64,000 nt of DNA from Podarcis vaucheri (lineage: Eukaryota). The notes under the pieces were generated by a model. The model was not told where the DNA came from. It ran no database searches and saw only the letters and a program-made list of their open reading frames with translations. A program made the position numbers and the translations under genes. The stretch is taken from assembly GCA_965113315.1 (NCBI GenBank), contig OZ220364.1; one strand, written 5' to 3'. Below, piece by piece: positions 49,558-61,199 of this stretch (the stretch's first letter is position 1; every line of letters starts with the position of its first letter).

Positions 49558-50037
49558 ATTGAGAGTTTAGCAAAATAAGCTCAAAACAAATGTAACCATT
49601 TGCATTTATTTCCATGTGAATGATACGATGCAATGAAATGTGTTTATATTTAAAACATCAGGGTCTTGGTGTTGTTGTTTTTATCAGTTTCAGGCGGCCA
49701 TTTTCAAACCAGTTTTGTGGGCCAAAAGCTATATCTCATTTATCTGCAAAATTTCCTGGCTTTTGAAATGTTTCTCAGTACTGTATGTGCTAGTAGCTGT
49801 TTTGAAATCTGGGGGCCACTTTAGGCAATACCTTTCCTGTGTAGAAAATAATCATCATGCAGGAAGAAAAGTACTTGCATTCATATAAAAATTGCACATA
49901 AATAACCGTTGCGGCTTCCAAATATGTGGCAAAATAGATGTCGGTACTGGTGGCCAGAGTGTAGGGAAAAAGCTGTACATCTCCACTTACCTGTTGTTCA
50001 AACCACAAACTAATTTCTTTTCTTCCTCTTTACTAAT

Positions 50038-50040
<3 letters not shown>

Positions 50041-50083
<43 letters not shown>

Positions 50084-50100
50084 CATTATTATTATTATTA
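50041..50100. repeat. (TTA)n microsatellite
   Basis: About 20 units with one TCA interruption. Confidence 0.95.
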
Positions 50101-50643
50101 AACATGCATCTCTTAAGATACACAAAAGGCTTAAAAGAGATAGTGAATGGCTTCGTGGTAGTGTGTGGATTTCACTCTTGGTCTACTCCGTTCAATGTGC
50201 CACACTAGCTTTCTTTTAAAGGAAAGAAAAGAAGCACAAACAAACTGTAAGATTGCCTTCATTTGCCTTATCAGTAGTTTAGGTCATCCTGAAGACAGAT
50301 AAGTATATATTCAGAGATTCTCAAGTATTACACTAAATGTTCCGCTCAATTCAGAAAAGCAGTATGCATGTGTCCTTTTGTCTTTCTTCTGACAAACAAC
50401 TGCAGTTACCCCCTAGGGCTGTAGCAGTGTGCTGGGAGAGAGAAGCTGAGTGACCTGTGACAGTCACGTACTGACAAAGAGAAGGCTAATTGTCATTCTT
50501 CCTCATGACTCAGACAGGCTGTATATGCAAAGTATAGGATGCCAGGAGGGGACTCATTTGAAAGCTTGCTTCACCTTTTATTTGAAGGATCTTAGATCCG
50601 TATTAATGAGAGTGCTGTACATTTTTGTTTTGTTTTGATATAG

Positions 50644-50769
50644 TTGGACTCTTCATCAGTGCATAAAGTCTCACTCGGTGAAGCTTCCTTGCCAAGCACA
50701 AGTCGTTCAAATGTAAATTCAAAAGAAGTCATTCCTGCTTCCCTGTCTCCAGAAAGTGTTATTCATCAG
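50644..50769 (+). CDS. MEIKIN: MEIKIN exon LDSSSVHKVSLGEASLPSTSRSNVNSKEVIPASLSPESVIHQ
   Basis: gatatag|TTG…CAG|gttata, 126 nt, phase 0/0; resembles human IDLSSVQKASFEE…VNSNEIVP. Confidence 0.8.
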
Positions 50770-50821
50770 GTTATATCTCTATTATATTTTTCCCTTTGCG
50801 GCAGTGCTAACCACACGTACT

Positions 50822-50858
<37 letters not shown>

Positions 50859-51732
50859 ACATACTTTTAAATAGACAGGGCAGGAGAACATATCAAATGA
50901 TTCCAAAACTCAAAATTGCCTATCTATGGTAAGTGAGAATGGGATATTTAAATCGAAGTCATGTTGTGAGGCCTGTCCTAAACCTGTTTGATTATACAAG
51001 CTGCTGCCACAAAGAAAGTCCAATGTGGAGCTGCATTAAAAAAATATATATAAAAAAAAGCACAAGCAAGAATGCGCAGTACTTGGCCACATTTTAATTA
51101 TTTTAAACTTTAAGACAAGAAGTACTCCTCCCCACCCACCAATAAGGGATTATGAAGGAAAATGAATCCCTTTGACTTCCATTCAAAAAACCAGCTGGAC
51201 CAATTTGTCTTCTACTGGGAAAGCTTAATCCACTCCTGGACCCATAAATCTCATCCAAAGGCTAAAATAATAATAATAGATGTGTAAAGAATCTCTAGTA
51301 CAGTGAATGGGGGAACACAGAGCTTTGTTTTATGCAGTGTCGGTTGGAACCCAAAGTATAGATTAAAGTGGAGAGAGTACAGAGTGTCTCAAAAACAGTT
51401 TGTAAAGTACAGATTCAGGGTGAATCGGGGGTGGGGCTTGGGCTGTGTACATCCCTACCTTTTGGCACCATCCATAATGCACTTTTGCTGAAAAAATAGC
51501 AGAACCAGGGTTTTTTCCACCCAGAGCCTGTAGGGGGTGAAAAGAGTATGTTTGTAGTGAACACATTTAGGACACCTTCCTGTTGGCGGAATGTCCCACA
51601 TAACATGGCTTTTTCCAGATATTAAAATTACAACCATAGTTTAGTGTTATCGTTTATGAGCAGCACCAAGCCTTGAGCTTGTGAACGCCCTTCTCCTTTT
51701 CCTTTGGTACAGCCTAAAGGGGACTGGACGCA

Positions 51733-52095
51733 GGGACATGGGTGGCACTGTGGTCTAAACCACTGAGCCTAGGGCTTGCCGATCAGAAGGTCGGCGGTTT
51801 GAATCCCTGCGACAGGGTGAGCTGAGCTCCTGTTGTTCGGTCCCAGCTCCTGCCATCCTAGCAGTTTGAAAGCATGTCAAAGTGCAAGTAGATAAATAGG
51901 TGGGAAAGGTAAACGGCATTTCCATGTGCTACTCTAGTTTTGCCAGAAGCGGCTTAGTCATGCTGGCCACGTGACCCAGAAAAACTGTCTGTGGACAAAC
52001 GTTGGCTCCCTCGGCTAGTAAAGCAAGATGAGTGCCGCAACCCCAGAGTCGTTCATGACTGGACTTAACTGTCAGGGGTCCTTTACCTTTACCTT
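51733..52095 (+). mobile_element. Sauria SINE, different subfamily
   Basis: GGGACATGGGTGGCACTGTGG head, (ACCTTT)n tail, TSD TAAAGGGGACTGGA at 51715-51728 and 52096-52109. Confidence 0.9.
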
Positions 52096-52398
52096 TAAAG
52101 GGGACTGGAAGCTTTTGCTTTTAAACTAATCATAATTCCTCATTATGTTCAAACTTGAGAGTTCTCTGACTAGCATAAATGATGCTTTGTCAGGATCAAA
52201 TATGATTTACAATCCTGACTTTCTGTCTAACTGTTTTTGAACTCTTGAGTTTCCTGAGTTAAGATGCAAACAAAGGAACTCTGCTTTGCTTAAGTGGAAG
52301 CAAATGCTTCCAGGTTCTTCCCCGTGGCCACTCTGGAGGAGAAAAGGGGAGAGGGAGCATAGGAGCCCAAAGCTATTGGTTCATAATTCAGTGCTATA

Positions 52399-53054
52399 AC
52401 TTCATTGGGTCCCGGCACCGAGGAGGATAAAATAAGATGTTCAAAAGCACAGCGAGATAATGAAAGGAAATAAAATCCAAAGGAAGGAGGGGAGTCGGCA
52501 ACAAAGGGCATTTAGTTAAAAGAGTTCTTTGAGCTCCGATAAGAGTGTCTTACCTCGGCGCCATCTTGAAAGTACTCCCTAAATTAATAATCCCAGCCCA
52601 ACGTAGGGCTTTTATGCTGGCCCGGTTGAATGTCTTTCCCTCAGCATTTGTCCGGGGAAGATATCAAAACATCCCTAGAAACAAGAGATTCTGCAGATGC
52701 TCTATGAATGTCCCGGACACTGTAGAGCATATTCTCTTTCATTGCCCATTGTACAGTACGCTCCGTCAACGCGTGCTGTCCCCTCTTTTGGGTGGTCTGG
52801 AACCCCAGCAAGGTGAATGTGCGGGATTCTGCCTATCCGACGTTGACCAAAGGGTAATGGCGGGGGTAGCCGAGTTTTTGGCTGCAGTCCTCCAAGGAGC
52901 AGGTTAACAAGGAAAACCACTGATTTTATATGTATATATATATATATATGATTGTAGCCAACTGCTGCCTTTTTATATATATTTCAAGGCTTTTACATGT
53001 TATTTTCCTTCTTACGGTTTTTATTTCCATAATGCCTAATAAAGGTTTGATTTC
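52399..53054 (+). mobile_element. 5'-truncated RTE-X-like non-LTR retrotransposon
   Basis: ORF 52545-52907 RRAFMLAR…GRY…RFCRC…EHILFHCPLY (C-terminal CCHC); AATAAA 53038-53043; 14-bp TSD AATTCAGTGCTATA at 52385-52398 and 53055-53068. Confidence 0.8.
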
Positions 53055-53124
53055 AATTCAGTGCTATATCAAAGCCCAGTCTATGCCTTGTAGGATGGCC
53101 TAAGTTTTGTTCCATTTCTTTCAG

Positions 53125-53248
53125 TGTCTACGTAACCCTCCAGAAATCTGCTGTATCATTAAAGCTTCACCAGGATCTAGACCACTGAAAGTTCTCCAAC
53201 ACCCACTGAAAAGAAAAAGAGAGTTTCCCCCACCAGGAGCAACTGAAG
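53125..53248 (+). CDS. MEIKIN: MEIKIN exon CLRNPPEICCIIKASPGSRPLKVLQHPLKRKREFPPPGATE (CENP-C-binding C-terminal region)
   Basis: tttcag|TGT…GAAG|gtaaag, 124 nt; EICCII-x-x-SPG signature. Confidence 0.92.
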
Positions 53249-53855
53249 GTAAAGCAGGACAAGGGGATACAGAATATGTATTTATTGTGAGAACTCCTTA
53301 CACAAGGAAGAGGTTTGGGGGGGTGGTGGTTGTTGTCAACTGTTGAAGTTCCTATTTTTGACTGAAGGAATCCTTATTTGTAAGTATAGGTCATGCCACA
53401 AAACTTCCCTTCTGTTTGAATCTACAAAACAAATTGCTGGGGGACATTGGGCTTGGACTTGGGTTCAAAGCCCAGCTCAGCCCAGAACTTGCCAGGTCAC
53501 TGGGCAAACCATGATTTCTCAAACATTGTGAGAGATGTAACTGAATGGTAGAGCATCTGCTTTGTATGCAAAAGGTTCCAGGGTTCAACCCCAGGCTTGC
53601 CCAGGTAGAGCTGGAAATGTCTCTAGTCTGAAACCCTGGAGAACCACTGCCAGTGTAGATGAGATGCTTTCATGCAGAAAGAAGATTCCCAGGTTCTGTC
53701 TGGCACCTCTAGGCCAGGTTGTAGATATGCTGGTGGGTCTCCTGGGTGGCAGAAGCAGGGAGATTGCATAGCTCTGTAAGTCAATTAAAGTGATATGTTT
53801 TCTCCAAAAAGTGAAATTGAAATTAATTCCCAATGCAAACTGATTTCTTTTTCAG

Positions 53856-53875
53856 ATCTTATTACCAAATACTAG
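53856..53875 (+). CDS. MEIKIN: MEIKIN terminal coding segment (D)LITKY*
   Basis: tttttcag|AT CTT ATT ACC AAA TAC TAG; phase 1; resembles human DIIIKMA*; the 13 exons total 1287 nt (divisible by 3). Confidence 0.8.
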
Positions 53876-56800
53876 ATCTACAGGAACAATAGGTAAGCAC
53901 TGCTGCATGTAATGTGGGGTAGGGGAGAGAAAGAGAGGGGAGCACTTTCTAGAAACCTCAGCAGCAGTCCTCCAGATGTTGTTGGACTCCCTCCCAGTTC
54001 CCACCATCCCAGGTAGCATGGACAGTGGTCAGGGATGATGGGACTTAGAGTCCAACGACATCTGGAGGGGAAACCAGGTTGGGGGGGAAGCCTGCCCTGC
54101 AGCTGCATTGTATGGGCAATGGGTTCAGTAAAAAAGAAAAAAGAAATGGACACCTAAGTCCTATCTGAATGAATGGGATTTTATATTATGCTGATGCCCC
54201 AGTGATTTCAGTAGTTATTTTCTTTTTAACTTTTCAAAACATTTTGTTTGTCAGTGGTACATGATCTTCTAAACTGCAGCTTTATTGTCACAGAGTATTT
54301 AAAACACCTGAAAAATATAGTTTGGGGGCCTTTATTGTTACCTTGAGGGAAAGTATTTTGTTTTTTTATGGACTGTTCTCTAAGGGTACAACATTTCCTT
54401 TACTTGTTAAAAGAGAAAAAAAACGGGAAATTGAGAACATGGAATGGTAGGAAGAAGCTGAGCTGCACGTTTGGACTTCATTAAGTTTGAAAGTTAATGA
54501 CACCTTCAAAAGAGATTCTGAAAATACTTGCAGTTCTGGAAATCTATATTCTGGTAGGTAAAAATAAGATCAGGAATTATAAAAGTTAGTACAAGTGTCA
54601 TTCTTTTACCTCATGCTTTGTATATACCGCTATCCTGTATTGCAAAGCACTTCTTTATTGTAAAATGTGTGCTGAATATACTTCTGGTAGCTCTCAGCCT
54701 GATTTCCAAAACTTAAATTTAAGTGCTTCGGTTTAAGCCAGTTTAGGATAACAGCATCTACTTGTAAATCTTAATATTTCACATCAACTGGTCTTGTGAA
54801 ACTGACTCGTGTGTGAATATGGATATGGATTTGAAACATTAAGCTAAGATGCGTATATGTAGAAAAACGAGATGCATTTTGTTAGAGTCAAGCTACTTGC
54901 ATCTGAATTCAGAATGAAGTTCTAACCTTTAACATTTGGCATAAGAAATGCTCTGTTCCTACCTACTCATTTTGTGCAAGTAGACTCTGTGGTCTGCCCG
55001 CTTAGGACAAAAAGTGTACCCTATGAAGTTTTGTCAGTAGCGTGATATTGACTTTACAATTCTATGTGTAACTGCTTAACCTATTTTTTTAAAAAAAATG
55101 TAGAGTGGTGGGCAGAAAGCTGCCCAAGTTCTGTACTGAACACAAAATCTGCACCACTGCATAAGCACACATAAAAGGAAAGTTCAAAGGAAACATTTTG
55201 AGTCTTCATTTGTTTAAAGTGGAAAACCATTTCCACCGGCGTGCACCCTCCCTACCATGAGTCACAAAGAGTAGGAGGAAGACTGGATTGTCTAACGCTA
55301 ATTACTAACTTTCACTTATAATATAAAGGGAAAGAGTAGTCAGGAGACTCAAGTGATGCAAACTGCCTGAATTTCAGTCTTGATTCCAGCCTGAACTTCT
55401 GGTATCTGCCTCTGCTTCCTGTTACTTATTTTCAGCTGCCATTCTGGAAGCCTAAGCCAGCCCCTGTAGCTGTGTTTTTACAGTGCATCTTGACGCATAA
55501 ATATTAGCAGATCATACGTTGTCTCCATGCTGCATAACTTTTTACCTGTTCATTTCTTTACATCTAGTTGCAGTTAAAGAGAGAAGAGTAAGTGGAGCCA
55601 TTGGGTTGTATCCAAGAAAGTTGTCTTGCCTACACAACAGGGCTTCCACTTCCTCTCTTCTCCCCCCCCCCCCACACCACCTCCTTGTTGGCTCCGGAGG
55701 GTTGGGAAAACCCCAGAACCGATTGAGAGAGGGGTGTGCAGGGAGAGCAGGTGCTGTTGCATAAGTGGGTGGAAACCACTTTTTAGGTCCTTCCAGAAGG
55801 GCACTGAGGCTGGGAATCTTTTTCCGATAGCTCAAGCTAGCAGCATTCTCTCTTTCATCCAATATTCTACTCTTCAAGATGGGGATAATACAGAGCTGAT
55901 GTAAGGTTTACAGTGTGTGAATTTGCCATTGTTCAGCTCTTCCCATCCTTGGAATATGAGGTCTCCTCAGTGGAGGAACAGGGACATCAGAATTCCCCAG
56001 CAGATCTCTACAGCACCAGTGATCCTGAAGAGATTTTTGTATCCCTATTCCAGCTCACCATACCAGCTGACTGGGTTCCAGGCCATCTCTTCGTGTGTCC
56101 CCCCCCCCCTTGTCTCCCAACACCACAGGAGCCAAGATGGGGAGACTAGCAGAAGCTTCAGAGCTACCACCAAAGTGCTCAGCTACCTGCACAGGAGGCT
56201 ACTTGGGAGAAGGGGGAAGTATATGGAAGCACCTACGAAGATCAGCACAGGATGGAACCTCTGTCTCTTAGGGCTCATCCACACTTCCACTAGTCTTGTG
56301 CCTAGAAATCACCTTGATTCCTGTCAAACCTGCTGATCACATAAGGTTCTGTGGACATCCCTACGAATGTAAGGAGAAAGAGTTCAGCTAGCTTTATTTT
56401 GAAGACCTAAGATACATGCAAAAATAAATAAATTCAGACTGACAGTGAACGTTGATGTCTCAAGCGGGTGCAAAATGTAAACAAAATCTGGAGAACGATT
56501 CTTCTAGAATGGTGCATGGGTTATAGTGAAATAGTTGTCTACAGGTAACTGTTCAATCTCACAGTTTCTGTCTTCAGAATATCATACCTTGTCACACTTC
56601 TTATTGATAGTGTACTAGAACTTGGATTTGGAGACAGCAGCATTAACCAAATTAGTCTGAAAGAATAATTTATTGCATTTGCTCCACATCCTCGTGAAGC
56701 CAAAGCTGACCTAGAAGTTACCTGTGCATTTGAAGAAAATATCCACAATGCTACATGTTCCTGTGCAAATAACACCAGTGGCGAAGGCGTTTTAAGATTG

Positions 56801-59090
56801 TTTCAAAAGGTGCATTTGATGAAAATACCAGATTTGATTAATATTTTACCATGAAGATGTGGTCATGCTAATTTAGGCCAAAGTACTTTTATGGACTTCA
56901 ATCAGCCTTACATACGTTAAGAGTGTCTCCTTGATTATATTTGTATGCATGGGGCTTCCACGTTACAATATGCAGCTGCTGGCCTGCAGTGTGTGCTACC
57001 TGCCACTAAACTATAGGGTACTCTACATACATTTACTTAGTGGTACTTTGTTGCAGTTGTGCCACTAGTGTATATATAATTGTTGAAAACCACTTTTTGG
57101 AATCAGATTCTTAAAGCTCAGTAAGTACTGGGGGGATGAGTTTCTCTTGTCTGACTAAGGATGAATTTGGTAAGATATTATTTCTGGAAGAGTAATCAAG
57201 AAGGTGAAGATAATCCTCACTGATTGACGGTTTGCTACTTTTTTAACAACTTTATTTAGACTGTGGAGCTTAGTCTCTGCACGGTTTCCTTGATGCTATT
57301 TTCCAAAACATCAAACAGGACAAGGTCACCACACTAGGAAGATTCACCTCTGATGGAGGCCTTCAATGCTGTTGACACAAACACAGCAACGTACTTTGAA
57401 TGACAACAAGTTTCTGATTCCAACCAGGAACCATCTGCATGAGGTAGCTGTGCAGGGTGTCAGTTTAAACTTCATCTTGCATAATATAAGCCTGGTGGAG
57501 GTGAAGAGAGACAGAATCTGTTCCTAACAAAAGCCCTTGCTTATACAGAAGGGGACCCCTCCAACCATACTCTAGTGCAAGACTGGCTGAAAATAATAAT
57601 ACGTACTCCTTGATAAACATGTCAACAAGCATCAAATTGATTTATGCAAGTCCTATCAGTTGATGACTGCACTTAAAGTAGTAACTTGTGTATGTGAATG
57701 ACATGTCTTGAATTAAAGACCACCAACAGAAATTCTATCTTGCAAGAAACATGAGACTTTTCAATGGAGTAGCCAGACTAGATATCTCACCCTTCCTGCA
57801 TTGTGCCACCAGTGGGTGGAAGCCAACTGGGCTCCTGAAGAGACAGAGCTGGCTGGTAGGAGCCAATCACAGGCCCCATCTAGCATGAGATGGGTATGTG
57901 TAACCAGAATGAGGAGTCTCCTCCAGTCTGCCTCACATGTATACTAAAGGTGGAAGCCAATGTCGATGTAACTTGTGTGAGATTTGGGTTGCTACTGAAT
58001 TCCTGTAAAGCAAACATGAATTCCTTGTATTGACGGAGAGGTTTTTTTTAGCAAGGTAGGCAAGATTGCAATCCTCACCCTCATGGGCCATCTTAGGTGC
58101 AAGGAACAACTCGCCTGTCGACCACCTGACAAATGCCAGAGGATTATCCCACCCACCTATCAAAGTACCTTGCATGGCATGTGGGAACCACAGCATAAGG
58201 TGATTTGCCAGTTCTGTGCTTGGCAAAGTGCCAAATATAGGCTTCGCAAAACTGGCTTTCTGCAGGATTGGGCTGTGTGATCAGGATTCCCAGCTGATCT
58301 GCTTTAAACTGTCCGTGCTTTAAACCGTTCTTCCCTATTAAGTTATGAATGAAGCTACTAACTACATAGTCCTGTATTTTATTAAAATGCCATAACGAGG
58401 CATCTTTGCTATGCTGTGTTTTCCTACTCTGCCCTTCCCCTGCCCAGTTAAATTGGACTGGAAACAGAACATGATTTTGTAGTACAGTATCCTATTGGAC
58501 ACTTAAAGGTTGCGAGACACAATCATAGTACTCATAGAAGTAGCTGCTATTCCCTAAAGTCATTGGAACTTCTTGAGAAACGAGGGCTGAAAATAATCCT
58601 TTGAAGGATTTTAATGACATCATCTCAGATGAGTCACATTCCTAACTTGTGGGAAATGTGCAGTGCAGATTTGACGCCTGATCATTTTATGGCATATAAT
58701 GGGACCCTCTAGACATTTTAAAGTGCAGCAGTAGAAATAATTGAGAGTGGAATTAGTAAATGTGTGATGTCTGCTGCTGCTTTCACGTCACCAGAAAAAA
58801 GGAAAGTGGGGGGATGCTTTCCTTCTTTCTATTCAGAGCACTGTAGGTTTGTGTAATAACACTTCTAGAGCATGCCAATTGACTTCTTTCACTTCATAGT
58901 TACAGTTTGCTGAGCCCTGGGAAGAGGAAGCGGGGAGAGGAAGCTGAATCTCACATAAACCTATTACTGTAAAGGTAATGAAGCTCTGCGTAGGAAGAGA
59001 TACCTAAGCTTGCTTTTACATTTCTCTGTCATGACCCACATGCGTCACTATATACATTTGCACTGTCTGATCAGCAAAGTAGTCCATGGT

Positions 59091-59256
59091 GAAGGGTCGT
59101 AGCTCAGTGCCAGGGCATCTGCCTTGCAAGTGAAAGATCCTAGGTTCAACCCCTGACATTTCCAGAAAAGACTGTGGATGAAATCCTGGAAAACTGCTGC
59201 TAGTTGGGTGGACAGTACTGAGCTAGATGGACTCTGTATAAGGCAGCTTCCTAGGT
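59091..59256 (+). mobile_element. tRNA-derived squamate SINE (Squam3-like)
   Basis: GTAGCTCAGTG…GGTTCAACCCC…CTGAGCTAGATGGAC…AAGGCAGCTTCCTA. Confidence 0.7.
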
Positions 59257-59289
59257 TGATTGTTCTGGTAATGCAACTGTACTTTAAGG

Positions 59290-59765
59290 GTAGCTGATGG
59301 GTCTCAAACCCTTGAGTTAGGGACTTCCCTGCATGCAAAGGCAGGATCTGGAGGATTGAGTGGATGAGACCAATAGTCCAGAAGGTGGTTTCTGCACATG
59401 CAAGTGAGGGCAGATGGAGCTCCTCAACCTGGAAATGGAGCCCATCTAGGAAAAAGAAAACTAATACTGAACTTCTGCCTTGTGGTATATCTTTGGGAGA
59501 AGAAAGGCTAAGGAGTAACCTTACACAAATCCGGAGTGGAATCCCTAAGACAGTCAGATGGTGCCTTGTATGCCTCCTTCTGGCAACTCCTGCAGCCAAG
59601 CTGGTGCCAGATGTATTACTCTGCTTTCTTTTGGACCACATCAGCGAGGCTGAGAGGCGGTTCTGTCATCTGGGCACACTGCCCATGCTTGCGCCCAGGG
59701 AGGTCACTTCGGTGCTGCTAATGCTGCGGTTTGACTACACCCCTGGAGGCATACTCCATTGTCTT
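59290..59765 (+). mobile_element. Interspersed repeat, probably derived from an RTE-type LINE 5' region
   Basis: Recognisable repeat-like text (CAAATCCGGAGTGGA…GGCAACTCCTGCAGCCAAGCTGGTGCC…GGTCACTTCGGTGCTGCTAA); family assignment uncertain. Confidence 0.4.
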
Positions 59766-60808
59766 TTGATAGATCTCAGCAAGAAAATTAAGGGAGCAGT
59801 GTTCAAAAAGGTTTCAGCCTGATCTGGGCCTTTGCAGGTGTGTTTCAGGATCATTTTGTATAATACTTCCAGGGTATTACATACAGAACAAGTTACACTA
59901 ATGCCAATTCTTTGGGCTCAATGGGCACTTACAGCTAGTGATGAAAGTGAGTAGAAGCTCTCAGTAGTGTTTTCTATGTGTTAGTTGGACATACCAAGGA
60001 GGATCAGGATGGTAATACAGTATACACACCCGTTATTAGTCTGAAAGGGCCTGCCACATGACTGGGAACCCTGATTGCCCCAGAGTTCCTAAACATGGGG
60101 AGCAGCCCTTCCAAATAAACACTGGATATTGGTGGGGGCAGGCCCCATTAGACAGGCATGGACTATTGTCCTTTCACATGCTCAGGGATTGCATGGGGGA
60201 GGACAACTAACACCTGTCAAGAACCCCTTTCCCTGCTTCCTTCAGCACTGTGGCTGCTGCCTAGTCACTCATCTTCCCTATGTCAGTGACCTGTCTTGGA
60301 CTTAGAGCAACATAAAAGTCTGCATGTTCTGCTGCTTCAAGATTCAATGAAGCACTACCTGAGGGGTGTGTGTGTGTGAGAGAGAGAGAGCAAGTAGGAA
60401 TACTTAAGCAGATCCACACATTTCAATCATAATCTGCATTTAGAGCACATAAAATAATTTTGGGGAGTGTAGCTTGGGGTGCAGGGAAAGGTAGCTTTGT
60501 CAGGGGGGACTACAGTTTGCAAGATCCTTGTTCCGTGATCATGTGCTTTAAATGTGTGTTGAATGACATTTAATTGCACAGCTCGGGATTGCAGAGAAAA
60601 GGGGAAATTGTGGCTGCTGCAGTTGGAAGACTTCGTGGCCGTCCCAAGGTGAGCCTCGTTCATGGAAATTCGTTTAGTTTTAAACTGGGCCTTACTAAAT
60701 TACTCCGAGAACCACGCATGTTCTTAATTAAAAGTTCAGAATTTTTGGTGCTGATAAATCCAGGGTTGCAGGTTCTGCTGTTTCTGCATTGCTGGGGTTG
60801 GACCAGAT

Positions 60809-60984
60809 CAGAGCTTTCCTGTTAGTGTGTGGGCTGCAGTGTGTACTGTGTGTCACGTGACTGTTCCTGCGCTGTTCCTGGGGCTGTTAAGGGGTTAGTT
60901 TTGATTGTAAAACTGAATTACTGTGTCACGAAATGTTGCATGTCTAAAAAGTGTGTCACCAACATGAAAAGTTTGGAAAGCTCT
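60809..60984. mobile_element. hAT-type MITE nested in a CR1-tailed SINE remnant (~60783-61028)
   Basis: TIR CAGAGCTTTCC / GGAAAGCTCT; the host sequence GGGGTTGGACCAGAT…GATCCTCATGGTCCCTTCCAATTCTAC is split by the insertion. Confidence 0.65.
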
Positions 60985-61199
60985 AGGTGATCCTCATGGT
61001 CCCTTCCAATTCTACAATTTTATTCTAATTCTGGGGAAGCAGAACCAAAGCAAAAACACGGGGGGGGGCCGCTAATAAGTCAAGAGTTTAACTACGATCG
61101 TGACAAAATACAAACGGGGCAAGCTTTTAATTTTTTGCCTTCTTGCATCCCTGTTATTGACCCTTGTTGGGTTTGGGAGGGGGTGCAGATTCAAACATC

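Noticed and set aside
55519-56775. Cluster of short ORFs between MEIKIN and FNIP1 as a hidden gene
   Set aside because: No consistent exon chain or recognisable protein; better explained as UTR or intergenic sequence.
59048-59822. 197-aa and 152-aa ORFs
   Set aside because: They lie over adjacent interspersed repeats (SINE plus RTE-like sequence) and show no recognisable protein similarity.
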